Positions 19,569-28,502 of a stretch of DNA of 64,000 nt are shown here, piece by piece. Below the pieces are notes generated by a model that worked only from the letters and a program-made list of their open reading frames with translations, made no database searches and was not told the DNA's origin. How positions within the stretch are numbered: the first letter of the stretch is position 1; each line of letters begins with the position of its first letter. The DNA is from an uncultured Solirubrobacteraceae bacterium (GTDB taxonomy: Bacteria; Actinomycetota; Thermoleophilia; Solirubrobacterales; Solirubrobacteraceae), in contig CAVOPM010000002.1 in NCBI GenBank assembly GCA_963697985.1, forward strand, positions 108,660 to 172,659, given 5' to 3'. The translations under genes were made by a program, and so were the position numbers.

Positions 19569-20113
19569 GCGGGCCGGTGCTTGAGCGCCTGCGGGCGCTG
19601 CTGCGCGAGGAGGGAGGGCTGATAGCGACCCTGGTCGAACCCGACGGAGCCACGGACCACGCGCACGCGGGCGAGCTCGCCTCGAGTCCAGCGCGCGTGG
19701 CCGCCGAAGGCCCGCGGACGGAGGGCAGGCGCGATGAGTACGAGCTGCTCGTGGAGGCGATCTACGAGGGCTATCTGCTGCACTACGGCCGTCCGCGGGT
19801 GGTGCGGGCCGCGGAGGCGGACGTCGGTCTGCTGGCCGGCGACCGGCTGTATGCGATCGGACTGGCCCGGCTGGTGACCCTCGGCGACACGGTCGCGGTG
19901 GCCGAGCTCGCCGACACGATCACGCTCAGCGCGCTCGCTCAGGGAGCGGGCGAGCAGGCGCTCGCGGACGCGGTCTGGGCGGCCGGGGCGCGCGCGGTCG
20001 GCTGGGGATCGAGCGCCGAGCACCGGCGCGCCAAGGACCTCGTGGTCGCGAGCGCTCCCCAAGCGCTAGAGGCGATGCGCACAAGTGCTTTGGCGCCTAT
20101 GGCGCCGCCCTGA
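19565..20113 (+). CDS. hypothetical protein
   Basis: 182-aa ORF whose GTG overlaps the hemL stop (GTGA). GC3-rich; no confident family. Confidence 0.45.
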   Translation: MSGPVLERLRALLREEGGLIATLVEPDGATDHAHAGELASSPARVAAEGPRTEGRRDEYELLVEAIYEGYLLHYGRPRVVRAAEADVGLLAGDRLYAIGLARLVTLGDTVAVAELADTITLSALAQGAGEQALADAVWAAGARAVGWGSSAEHRRAKDLVVASAPQALEAMRTSALAPMAPP

Positions 20114-20127
20114 ATCGCGCCTCGATA

Positions 20128-20808
20128 TTGTTCGCAACCCCGGTGTCCGACAAGCACGAAAAGTACAAGTCGAAGTACACCGCCGACCGCATGATCCCCG
20201 GCGCCTTCGAGGGCGAGACGATCACCCGACGGCGGTTCATGACCGGCACCGCCCACACGGCGGGCGCGATCGCCGCGGGCGCATTCACGCTCCCGGCGCT
20301 CGGCTTCGCGCTGGGCCCGGTCTTCAAGAGCACTCCCCACGCCTACGAGACGGTCGGGACGGTCAGCAAGTTCTCTGCCGACAACTACACGCCGGTGGTC
20401 ATCACGCTGACCCCCGGAATCGGCGAGGCCGGCAAATCGACGGCTTACGTGCGTAAGTTCAATCCGGAAATCGACACCGATCCCTACGACCGCAACACGC
20501 CCTACATCGCGATCTCGAGCCGTTGCGCGCACGTCGGCTGTCCCGTGCGCTGGGTCGACGCCGCCGAGCGCTTCATCTGCCCCTGTCACGGCGGCGTCTA
20601 CGACCTGCTCGGCCGCCGCGTGGGCGGGCCCCCGGTGCGGCCGCTCGACCGCTTCTACACCCGCGTCGTCGGCGAAGACGTGCAGGTCGGGCCGCGCTTC
20701 AGCGTCAACAGCCAGCTGCGCCGGTTCTCTCCCCGCGACCCCGGCGAGCCGCTGGATGGCATCGGTCAGTACCTGTATCCGTCGAGACCGACCGAGCAGA
20801 AACCCTAA
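20128..20808 (+). CDS. qcrA: menaquinol-cytochrome c reductase Rieske iron-sulfur subunit
   Basis: Twin-arginine signal TRRRFMTG and Rieske boxes CAHVGCPV ... CPCHGGVYD. Confidence 0.85.
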   Translation: MFATPVSDKHEKYKSKYTADRMIPGAFEGETITRRRFMTGTAHTAGAIAAGAFTLPALGFALGPVFKSTPHAYETVGTVSKFSADNYTPVVITLTPGIGEAGKSTAYVRKFNPEIDTDPYDRNTPYIAISSRCAHVGCPVRWVDAAERFICPCHGGVYDLLGRRVGGPPVRPLDRFYTRVVGEDVQVGPRFSVNSQLRRFSPRDPGEPLDGIGQYLYPSRPTEQKP

Positions 20809-20820
20809 GGCGAGAACTCG

Positions 20821-21624
20821 ATGCCCAAGCTCCCCGCCCCCCCGCTGCCCTCGGCCCTGAAGTCACCGCCGCCACGCCCCGGGGAGGGCAACGGCAAGGC
20901 CGGGCCGGTCGAGGGGGCCAAGGAGGCCGGCATCACGGTCGTCGACTGGCTCGATGAGCGAACGTCGCTCAGCGGCGCCGGCCGCTGGCTGTTGTTCCGC
21001 AAGGTGCCCAAGGGCACGAACTGGTTCTACACGCTCGGCTCCGCGACGCTGTTCGCGTTCCTCTCCCAGGCCGTGACCGGGGTGTTCCTGGCGATGTACT
21101 ACCGCCCGGACCCGGCGGGAGGGGCCTATGAATCGATCCGCCACGTGACCAACGAAGTGTTCCTCGGCCAGTTCGTGCGCGGCATGCACAAGTGGGGCTC
21201 GAGCGTGATGATCGTCCTCGTGTTCCTGCACATGGGGCGCACGTTCCTGTTCGGCGCGTACAAGTACCCGCGGGAGCTCAACTGGGTGATCGGCGTCGTG
21301 CTGCTGATCCTGACGATGGTGATGGGCTTCACGGGGTACCTGCTGCCGTTCGACCAGCGCGCGTACTGGGCGACGATCGTGGGCGTGAACATCAACGGCA
21401 CCGGCCCGCTGATCGGGCCGTATCTGAGTGACTTCCTCCGTGGCGGGGGAGAATTCGGGGCGACGACGCTGTCGCGCTTCTATGCGATTCACATGCTGAT
21501 CGTGCCCGGTCTGATCGTCGCGCTGATCGGGGCGCACCTGTACCTGGTGACCAAGCTGGGCACGACCGCGCCGCCGTGGCTGAAAGCCGAGAAGCGCTCA
21601 GAGCTCCACGAGGCGGACGCGTGA
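20821..21624 (+). CDS. qcrB: cytochrome b (short, b6-type) subunit
   Basis: 267 aa: NWFYTLGSATLFAFLSQAVTGVFLAMYY...GMHKWGSSVMIVLVFLHMGRTF..GAYK.PRELNW..GV.LL...GFTGYLLPFDQRAYWAT...RFYAIHMLI.P. Four-helix haem-binding core only. Confidence 0.9.
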   Translation: MPKLPAPPLPSALKSPPPRPGEGNGKAGPVEGAKEAGITVVDWLDERTSLSGAGRWLLFRKVPKGTNWFYTLGSATLFAFLSQAVTGVFLAMYYRPDPAGGAYESIRHVTNEVFLGQFVRGMHKWGSSVMIVLVFLHMGRTFLFGAYKYPRELNWVIGVVLLILTMVMGFTGYLLPFDQRAYWATIVGVNINGTGPLIGPYLSDFLRGGGEFGATTLSRFYAIHMLIVPGLIVALIGAHLYLVTKLGTTAPPWLKAEKRSELHEADA

Positions 21625-22355
21625 ACCAGCGCGAGAAGGAGGAGTACCTCCGCGACTACGCAGTCCTGAAGGCGCAGGGCAAGCCGTTCTTCCCCTACGC
21701 GGTGGCCAAGGACGGGGCGATGGCGTGCGTCGTGATGGCGGTCATCATCGCGTTGTCGCTCGTGCTCGGAGCCGAGCTCGGGTCCAAGGCCAACCCGACG
21801 ACGACGACGTATGTGCCGCGGCCGGAGTGGTACTTCTTCTTTCTGTTCGAGGTGCTGCGCGTGATCAAGCCGGCGAGCCTGGCGCCGCTGGCCACGATCG
21901 GCGTGCCCACGATCGGCATGATCCTGCTGTTCCTGCTGCCGTTCTATGACCGTCGACCCGAGCGGCGACCCGAGCGACGGCCGATCGCGACCGCCACGTT
22001 CATCGTCGTGTTCCTGGCGATGGCGCTGCTCACCTACGAGGGCGCCAACGCCGGCTCGCCCACCGCGATCGAAATGGCCACGCCGAAGGCGGTCCTGCAG
22101 GCCGGCGGCAAGACGCTCGCCGAATACCAGGCCGGCGAGGCCGTTGTCGCGCAGACGGGCTGCGAGGCGTGCCACAAGATCGGCGAGAACGGCAACGCGG
22201 GACCGGGCCCGGACCTCACGCACATCGCCTCGCGACTACCGGCGCAGGGGATCGCGCGCACGCTCGTGAATCCCACGGCGCCGATGCCCTCGTTCAAGAA
22301 CCTGCCGCCGCAGAAGTTCAAGTCGGTCGTCGCCTTCCTGTCGCTCCTGAAGTAG
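21621..22355 (+). CDS. qcrC: cytochrome b subunit IV-like domain fused to a mono-haem c-type cytochrome
   Basis: The N-terminal half is PFFPYAVAKDG...PRPEWYFFFLFEVLRVIK (cytochrome b C-terminal/SUIV). The C-terminal domain carries CEACH and MPSF (axial Met). GTG overlaps the qcrB stop. Confidence 0.8.
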   Translation: MNQREKEEYLRDYAVLKAQGKPFFPYAVAKDGAMACVVMAVIIALSLVLGAELGSKANPTTTTYVPRPEWYFFFLFEVLRVIKPASLAPLATIGVPTIGMILLFLLPFYDRRPERRPERRPIATATFIVVFLAMALLTYEGANAGSPTAIEMATPKAVLQAGGKTLAEYQAGEAVVAQTGCEACHKIGENGNAGPGPDLTHIASRLPAQGIARTLVNPTAPMPSFKNLPPQKFKSVVAFLSLLK

Positions 22356-22490
22356 CGTCTCGGCGATGACCGCCCAGCAAGGCGCCGACCCCGCCGGTGG
22401 AGCAAGCGGCGCCAGCGAGTCGGCGACGAGCGGCCCCGTGCCCGGCGTCGCGATCGACACGGCCGAGCCCTCGGCGGGCGCCTGGAGGCG

Positions 22491-23239
22491 GTGGAGGTTC
22501 GCGAGATGTTCGATCGCATCGCGGGCGTGTATGACGTGCTCAACACGGCGATGACCGCCGGGCTCCACCACCGCTGGCGCGCCCGCGCGGCCGACCTGGC
22601 GCGGGTGGCCCCGGGCAGCCGTGTGCTCGACGTCGCCACCGGCACGGGCGATCTCGCGATCGAGCTCGCGCGCCGCGTTTGCCCGGGAGGGGAGGTCATC
22701 GGCACCGACTTCGCGGAGGCGATGCTCGCACGGGCGCGCGCCAAGACGTCGCCGCTGGGTGACTCCTCGGTGCGACCCCGGTTCGAGTTCGGTGATGCGC
22801 TGGCGCTGCCGTACGCGAGCGACAGCTTCGACGCGGCGACGGTCGGATTTGGCGCGCGTAACTTCGCCGATCTGCGGCGCGGCCTGGAGGAGATGGCTCG
22901 CGTCGTGCGCCCGGGGGGGCGAGTGGTGGTGCTCGAGATCACCACGCCCACGCGGCCGCCGCTGTCGCTCTTCTACAAGCTGTGGTTCGACCGCCTGGTT
23001 CCGGCGCTGGGGCGGCTGGCGGGCTCGGCGATCGCGCCGACGCGCTCGCGCGAGGGCCCCGCGCAGGTCACGATCGCCGACGCCTACGCATACCTGCCGA
23101 GCTCCGTCAAGCGCTTCCCCCGCCCGTCGCGCTCGCGGCCGAGATGGAGCGCGCGGGCCTGTGCGAGATCGGCTACGTGCTCACGGCGGGTGGCATCATC
23201 GCGATCCACGCCGGCACGGTCGCGCCGGAGCGGGCATGA
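22491..23239 (+). pseudogene. ubiE: demethylmenaquinone/ubiquinone methyltransferase UbiE/MenG, one frameshift near the 3' end (possibly a sequencing error)
   Basis: Contains MFDRIAGVYDVLNTAMTAGLHHRWR, SAM motif VLDVATGTGDL, and RPGGRVVVLE. The conserved C-terminus (LAAEMERAGL..IGYVLTAGGIIAIHAG) is in the adjacent frame after the C5 run 23117-23121. Confidence 0.8.
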
Positions 23240-24279
23240 TGAGCACGATGGGGGGCACGACCACGAGCGACCCCGCAGCCGGGCTGGATGGGGTTGATGT
23301 CATCCTGCGCCGCGGCGGCGCTGGGCTGCGCGGGCGGATGGCACGCACCGAGCTTCACCTGGAGCACGTGACCGCGTGCGCCGGCGCGCCGCTTGCGTCC
23401 CATGCCAACGCCACGGTGAGGGCGGGAGGCAAGCGGCTGCGACCGCTTCTCGTGCTGCTGGCCGCGGAGTCGGCAGGGGGACCGCCGGGCACGTCCGCGG
23501 GTGACGAGTGCCTCGTGCGCGCCGCCGTCGCGGTCGAGCTCGTGCACTCGGCGACGCTCGTCCACGATGACCTGATCGACGGCGCGCAGCTGCGGCGGGG
23601 ACACCCGACGGTGGCCGCCGTGGCCGGGCGCGAGGTCGCGGTCGCCACGGGCGACCTCCTGTTCTCGCTCGCGTTCGCGGAGCTCGCCCGCAACCGAAGC
23701 GCGACCCAGCTGCGGGCGCTGTCGGACGCGAGCTCGGCGCTGGCCGCCGGCGAGCTGCTCCAACGCGAGGATGCCTACGCCGTGCATGTCGCGGTGCGGC
23801 GTTACCTGAGACGCTGCGAGCTCAAGACGGCGGCGCTGTTCGAGGCGGCGTGCCGCCTTGGAGCGCTCACGGCCGTGAACGCATCGCACGGGCTCGCGGA
23901 CGCGCTCGGCGCTTTCGCCCGGCGCATCGGGCTGGCCTTCCAGATGCTCGACGATGTCCTCGATGTGTCCGGGCCGGTGGAGCGAACGGGCAAGGCGCGC
24001 GGAACGGATCTGCTCGACGGCACGGTCACGCTGCCGTTCATCCTCGCGCGTGAGCGCGAGCCCGAGCTGGCGACCTTCGATCTCGCCTCCCTGGCAAGCC
24101 CCGAGGAGGCGGAGGCGCTGTGCGAGCGAATCGCGGCGACCGGCGCGCTCGAGCGCGCGCGTGAGCAGGCGCTGGCCGTGGTCGCCGAAGCCAAGGCGGC
24201 GTTGCCCGAGGTCCTGCCAAACGGCCGCTCGGCGTTGCTCGATCTCGTCGCCGACGCCGTGGTCGAGCGTTATCGCTAG
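23236..24279 (+). CDS. long-chain polyprenyl diphosphate synthase (HepT/IspB-like)
   Basis: Contains GGKRLRPLLVLLAA, the first DDxxD box (LVHDDLID) and the second box (FQMLDDVLD). ATG overlaps the ubiE stop (ATGA). Confidence 0.85.
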   Translation: MMSTMGGTTTSDPAAGLDGVDVILRRGGAGLRGRMARTELHLEHVTACAGAPLASHANATVRAGGKRLRPLLVLLAAESAGGPPGTSAGDECLVRAAVAVELVHSATLVHDDLIDGAQLRRGHPTVAAVAGREVAVATGDLLFSLAFAELARNRSATQLRALSDASSALAAGELLQREDAYAVHVAVRRYLRRCELKTAALFEAACRLGALTAVNASHGLADALGAFARRIGLAFQMLDDVLDVSGPVERTGKARGTDLLDGTVTLPFILAREREPELATFDLASLASPEEAEALCERIAATGALERAREQALAVVAEAKAALPEVLPNGRSALLDLVADAVVERYR

Positions 24280-24767
24280 AAGTCCGACGGCACGATCAGG
24301 TCCGCGTCGAGCGCGCGGATGAGGAACTCGACTTCCTCGGACATGTTGGCGTGCGTCATGCGCCTGAGGTCACCGAGCAGCGCGGAGGCCGCGCGATCGA
24401 GCTCGTCATCGAGCAGCTCGACCGCCGTCTGCTCGAACACGCCCTCGCGACGGGACTCGCACTCGGGACAGCGCAGGACGATCCGCCAGTGGCGGAGCCC
24501 TTCCTCGCTCCAGTCGAGCGGGTAGGCGAGCTCGCCGGCACAGTGAAAGCAGACATGCAGCCGATCTGGCGAGTACGCGCTGTCGGGAGCCATCCGCGGC
24601 TTGGCGGCGACGCCGTCCGGAGCCACGCGCGGCTTGGCGGCGACGCCGTCGGGAGCTTGAGGCTTGGCGCGCGCCTCCTCGAGGCGCTCCTCCGCCGTGG
24701 GCTGCGGGCGTATCTCGCCCGGCAGCTCGGCGCGATCGGGCGTATTTGGTCTGTCTTCGGCGTGCAT
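24276..24767 (-). CDS. hypothetical zinc-ribbon protein
   Basis: 163 aa with CFHC...(21 aa)...CPEC pairs, a disordered N-terminus with a duplicated APDGVAAKPR unit, and an acidic C-terminal half. Confidence 0.5.
   Translation of the reverse strand: MHAEDRPNTPDRAELPGEIRPQPTAEERLEEARAKPQAPDGVAAKPRVAPDGVAAKPRMAPDSAYSPDRLHVCFHCAGELAYPLDWSEEGLRHWRIVLRCPECESRREGVFEQTAVELLDDELDRAASALLGDLRRMTHANMSEEVEFLIRALDADLIVPSDF
24591..24656 (-). repeat. 33-nt tandem duplication (x2, near-perfect) inside the zinc-ribbon ORF
   Basis: The 30-nt unit cgcggcttggcggcgacgccgtc(c/g)ggagc is repeated back to back. It is in frame and encodes APDGVAAKPR(V/M) twice. Confidence 0.8.
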
Positions 24768-24912
24768 GGGCGTCTCCTGCACGTCATCGACCCGCATCGG
24801 TGGCGCCTTTAGCCCCGTGGGCGCTCCTCCGCGCTTCGGCGATGAGCCGGTCGTCCACCGGGCCGGCGAGGTGCGATGAGCGCGATGGCGCGGTGGTAGG
24901 TTCATTGGGCCC

Positions 24913-25965
24913 ATGGCCACCGCGATTCGCCCGATTGGCCACGAAGATCGCCTCAGCCTCGTGGACCATCTCGATGAGCTGCGCACCCGGCTGATCGTCA
25001 GCGCCGCGGTGTTGGGCGTCGCATTTGGCTTCTGCCTGTGGCAGAACCACGCGTTGTTGCACGTAATAAACAAGCCGTTGCAAACGCAGACCAAGAAGCA
25101 GGTCGCCAAGGGCCAGGGGACGGTCGGGCAGGCCGTGCTCGGGCAGCAGGGATTGCTGAAGGTCGCCGGCGACACCGAGGCGGCCCTCGCCGCGCTCGCA
25201 CAGCCGGGCAGCGGCCTGTCGGGCCCCGCGCGCGCGCAGGTGCAGCCGTTGATCTCCGCCTTAAAGGCCGATGTCGCCAAGATCCCGCGCAATCCTCCCG
25301 GCGACAATCCGGTCACCCTCGGAGTGGGTGAGCCGTTCACGACGACCCTGACGGTGGCGCTGTACTTCGCGCTGATCATCTCGCTGCCGCTGATCCTGTT
25401 CGAGCTGTACGGCTTCATCCTGCCGGCGCTCAGCCCGAGTGAGAGACGCGTCGTGATGCCACTGCTGACGGCGGTCCCGTTCCTGTTCGCGGCGGGCGTG
25501 CTGTTCGGCTACTTCGTCGTGCTCCCCGCGGCGGTGCGCTTCTTTGTGAACTTCAACTCCGGGGAGTTCAACGTGCTCGTGCAGGCGAGCCAGTTCTACA
25601 AGTTTGCGGCGACCGTTCTGCTCGCGATGGGGATGGTCTTTCAGGTGCCCGTAGCGATCCTCGCGGCGACTCGCATCGGGATCGTGACGCCGCGGCAGTT
25701 GCGCAAGAACCGCCGCTACGCGATCCTGGCGTGCGCGGTCGTGGCTGCACTATTGCCGGGCGACGCGATCACGCTCGTGCTGGAGACCGTACCGCTGTAT
25801 GTGCTGTATGAGGCGAGTATCCTGCTTGCATCGTTCGTTGGCCGGTCGGCCGACGCGGACATCGAGGACGCCGGCGCTCCCCATGGAGGCCCGCCGCCGT
25901 CTGCAGGGGATTCAGGGGAGCCAACCGTGCAGCAGATAATCGATCACGTAGACGGGGACCTGTAG
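24913..25965 (+). CDS. tatC: twin-arginine translocase subunit TatC
   Basis: Contains SLVDHLDELRTRLI, ...YGFILPALSPSERR, FGYFVVLP, MGMVFQVPV, LPGDAITL. Six TM helices, with an unusually long first periplasmic loop. Confidence 0.9.
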   Translation: MATAIRPIGHEDRLSLVDHLDELRTRLIVSAAVLGVAFGFCLWQNHALLHVINKPLQTQTKKQVAKGQGTVGQAVLGQQGLLKVAGDTEAALAALAQPGSGLSGPARAQVQPLISALKADVAKIPRNPPGDNPVTLGVGEPFTTTLTVALYFALIISLPLILFELYGFILPALSPSERRVVMPLLTAVPFLFAAGVLFGYFVVLPAAVRFFVNFNSGEFNVLVQASQFYKFAATVLLAMGMVFQVPVAILAATRIGIVTPRQLRKNRRYAILACAVVAALLPGDAITLVLETVPLYVLYEASILLASFVGRSADADIEDAGAPHGGPPPSAGDSGEPTVQQIIDHVDGDL

Positions 25966-26042
25966 CGCGATGCTGTTCGATCTCAGAGGGTCGCGGCCGG
26001 CGCCGCACGGTCCGAACGCTGTACATCGGCCTCGCCCTGCTG

Positions 26043-26768
26043 ATGGGCGTGGGCCTGGTCGGCTTCGGGATCGGTGGAGGCGGCAGCGGCGGCGGGATAT
26101 TGAACGCCGCGAGCAAAAACGAAGGCTCCGGTGGCGTGAGCTTCTCGGACCAGATCAAGAAATACACGAAGCTCACGCAACAGCAGCCCGGCAACGTCGC
26201 CGCATGGGAGAAACTGACCGATGCCCAGCTGCACGAAGCGGGCGGCGAAGCGTACGTGACCCGAACGGGGATCACGAGCAAGGGCAAGGAACTGTTCTCG
26301 CAGGTTGCCCAGTCGTGGAACCACTATCTCGCGCTCAACCCGCCCAAGCCAAACTCCGAACTGGCACAGCGCATGGTGACCGTCTTTGGCGAAGAAGGAC
26401 TCAACGACCCCGCCGCCGCCGTGCAGGTGCTGCAGATCGTGGTCGCGGCCAGACCGACCAGCGCCGCCCTGTACGCGTCGCTCGCCCAGTACGCGTACAA
26501 GGCCAAGAATGTCCGCGTCGGCGACCTGGCGTCGGAAAAGGCGATCAGCCTCGCTCCCGCGGCGCAGCGCCCGCGGTTGAAAACCGAGCTGGCGGCGCTG
26601 AGGAAGAGTCCCGGGGGCGGCGAAACGTTCACGACGACGACAAACGGCAAAACGTACACCGGCAAGGCGGGTCCCAACGGGACGCTCACGGCGACCTCGG
26701 CGGGGTCTACGCCGGCGCCCACCGGGAGCTCCACTACGCCTGCCGGGGGCTCGACTACGAAAAAATAG
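26043..26768 (+). CDS. hypothetical membrane-anchored protein (helical/TPR-like, Thr/Gly-rich C-terminus); true start probably ATG 25970 with a frameshift
   Basis: The 241-aa ORF begins in the middle of a TM helix (MGVGLVGFGIGGG). The upstream in-frame codons read RRRTVRTLYIGLALL without a start codon. ATG 25970 is one base out of frame. Confidence 0.55.
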   Translation: MGVGLVGFGIGGGGSGGGILNAASKNEGSGGVSFSDQIKKYTKLTQQQPGNVAAWEKLTDAQLHEAGGEAYVTRTGITSKGKELFSQVAQSWNHYLALNPPKPNSELAQRMVTVFGEEGLNDPAAAVQVLQIVVAARPTSAALYASLAQYAYKAKNVRVGDLASEKAISLAPAAQRPRLKTELAALRKSPGGGETFTTTTNGKTYTGKAGPNGTLTATSAGSTPAPTGSSTTPAGGSTTKK

Positions 26769-26851
26769 CCGCGGAGCCGGGCGCAGCGGGCGCCGGCGAC
26801 CCTCGGCTAGAATCGCAGCGCGAGCCCGGCCGATCGGGCCGGTTCCCTCAC

Positions 26852-26924
26852 GGGCCGTTAGCTCAACCGGCAGAGCAGGGGCCTCTTAAGCCCAAGGTTC
26901 CGGGTTCGATTCCCGGACGGCCCG
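26852..26924 (+). tRNA. tRNA-Lys (anticodon CTT)
   Basis: 73-nt cloverleaf folded by eye: acceptor GGGCCGT/ACGGCCC, anticodon loop CTCTTAA, T-arm CCGGG-TTCGATT-CCCGG. No encoded CCA. Confidence 0.9.
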
Positions 26925-26989
26925 ATTAAACCCATCCAGCATGCGCGAGTTCGAGGAGGCCTGGCGCGCGATAGGCCGCGGAGCTCTCC

Positions 26990-28471
26990 TCAGCGAGCCT
27001 CGACGACGACGCGAACGCTGCGCAGCAGCCGGTCGCTCGCCCCGCGCACGCTACCGCCGAGCTCGAGCGTGTGCTGGACGTAGGCAAGCGTCTCGGCCGT
27101 GAGGCGCTCGCCGGGGAGCACGTTGGGGATCCCCGGCGGGTACGTGGCGAGCGACTCGGCCGCGATCCTCCCAGCGGCCTCGGATGCCGCCACGACCTCC
27201 TGGGCGCCGAGGTAGGCCTCGCGCGGGGTCATCGCGAGCTCACCCCAAGGCGGCGGCGCCGCGAAGCTCGCGCCGGCTCCCCCAGGATCGAGCCCGACCC
27301 GGTCGACCGCCGCGCGTAGCGCCAGAACCAGGCGCCGCGCCTCGGGAAGCCCGCGCTCGCCCATCCCGAACACGGCGACGATCACGTTCTGGCCGGCCAG
27401 CTCGAGGTTGATGTCGCCGATCTCCCGCAACAGGGGCGCCAGCTCGTAACCCGTGGCGGCGACCCCCCGTACATCGACGGCCAGTCGCAGCGGATCGTAG
27501 GCATGAACCCCGGCGCGACCGGCCAAGCGCTGGTCGAGCACGTCCAGCCCGTTGATCGCGCGGACGTCGTCGCGCGTCTGTCCCAGGACCTCGATCGTGT
27601 GGCCGAGCAGCTCGCGACCGTGCAACGCCGCTTGCCGGCGCGCGGCGTCGAGCGAACCCGTCAGCAGGGCGCTTGGGCTCGTCGATTCGGTCAGCGTCAC
27701 CGCGCGGTCGACGGTGTTCTCGTCGATCAGGCCGCCCGCCCCGTGCCCAAGGTGGAGCATCGCCGACTGGGTGAGGCTGCCGACGATCTTGTGGGTGCTC
27801 GAGATCACGAGATCCGCGCCCGCCGCGAGCGCGTGCTCGGGTAGCTCCTCGTGGAAGGCCAGATGGGCGCCCCACGCCTCGTCGACGATCAGGGGAACCT
27901 CGCGGGCGTGAGCGACCTCGGCAAGGCCCCTGACGTCCGCGACGGCGCCGAAGTAGGTCGGCGAGACCACCCACGCGCCCACCGCCCCGGGGGTCCTCGA
28001 CAGCACACCGTCAAGCGTCTCAGCGGTTAGGCAATGGGCGATCCCGAGCTCCGGATCGAGCTCCGGAGCCGCGAAGGTTGGTCGCAGGCCCGACAGCACG
28101 AGCGCGTCGATCGTGCTCGAATGCGCGTTGCGCTGCAGGACCACGTCGTCGCCGCTGTGGGCGAGCGCCAGCCCGGCCGCGATGTTCCCCTGCGAGGCGC
28201 CGTTGATCAGAAACCACGCCCGCGCCGCGCCCCACGCATCGGCCGCGAGTCGCTGCGCGCGCTCAAACGGAGTTGGCTCGGAGCCGATGTCCACCCCGTG
28301 GGTCAGCGCCGGAATGTCGAGGCTCAGCGCGCGCTCGCCGATCGCGTCGAGCAGGCCCGCGTCCGCGCCCGGGCCGCCCTTGTGCCCGGGAACGTGCAGG
28401 CGCGCCGGGTCACGTCCCGCGTACTCGCGCAGCGCGTCGAGGTACGGCGTCTCGTGCTGAGGGCTGCTCAT
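26990..28471 (-). CDS. Orn/Lys/Arg decarboxylase family PLP enzyme
   Basis: 493 aa: HVPGHKGG, ...FLINGASQGN..., DEAWGAHL.F, SSTHKIVGSLTQSAMLH (PLP-lysine region). Confidence 0.85.
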   Translation of the reverse strand: MSSPQHETPYLDALREYAGRDPARLHVPGHKGGPGADAGLLDAIGERALSLDIPALTHGVDIGSEPTPFERAQRLAADAWGAARAWFLINGASQGNIAAGLALAHSGDDVVLQRNAHSSTIDALVLSGLRPTFAAPELDPELGIAHCLTAETLDGVLSRTPGAVGAWVVSPTYFGAVADVRGLAEVAHAREVPLIVDEAWGAHLAFHEELPEHALAAGADLVISSTHKIVGSLTQSAMLHLGHGAGGLIDENTVDRAVTLTESTSPSALLTGSLDAARRQAALHGRELLGHTIEVLGQTRDDVRAINGLDVLDQRLAGRAGVHAYDPLRLAVDVRGVAATGYELAPLLREIGDINLELAGQNVIVAVFGMGERGLPEARRLVLALRAAVDRVGLDPGGAGASFAAPPPWGELAMTPREAYLGAQEVVAASEAAGRIAAESLATYPPGIPNVLPGERLTAETLAYVQHTLELGGSVRGASDRLLRSVRVVVEAR

Positions 28472-28502
28472 GCTGTCAAGCAGGCTAGACGCAGGCCGTC
28501 CC

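Noticed and set aside
19565-20113. Hypothetical protein after hemL considered as a HepS-like (heptaprenyl diphosphate synthase component I) partner for the downstream HepT-like synthase.
   Set aside because: The only support is a loose resemblance, LLAGDRLYAIGL versus the Bacillus HepS VLAGDYFSGLYY segment. It is too weak without a profile search (Pfam HEPPP_synt_1).
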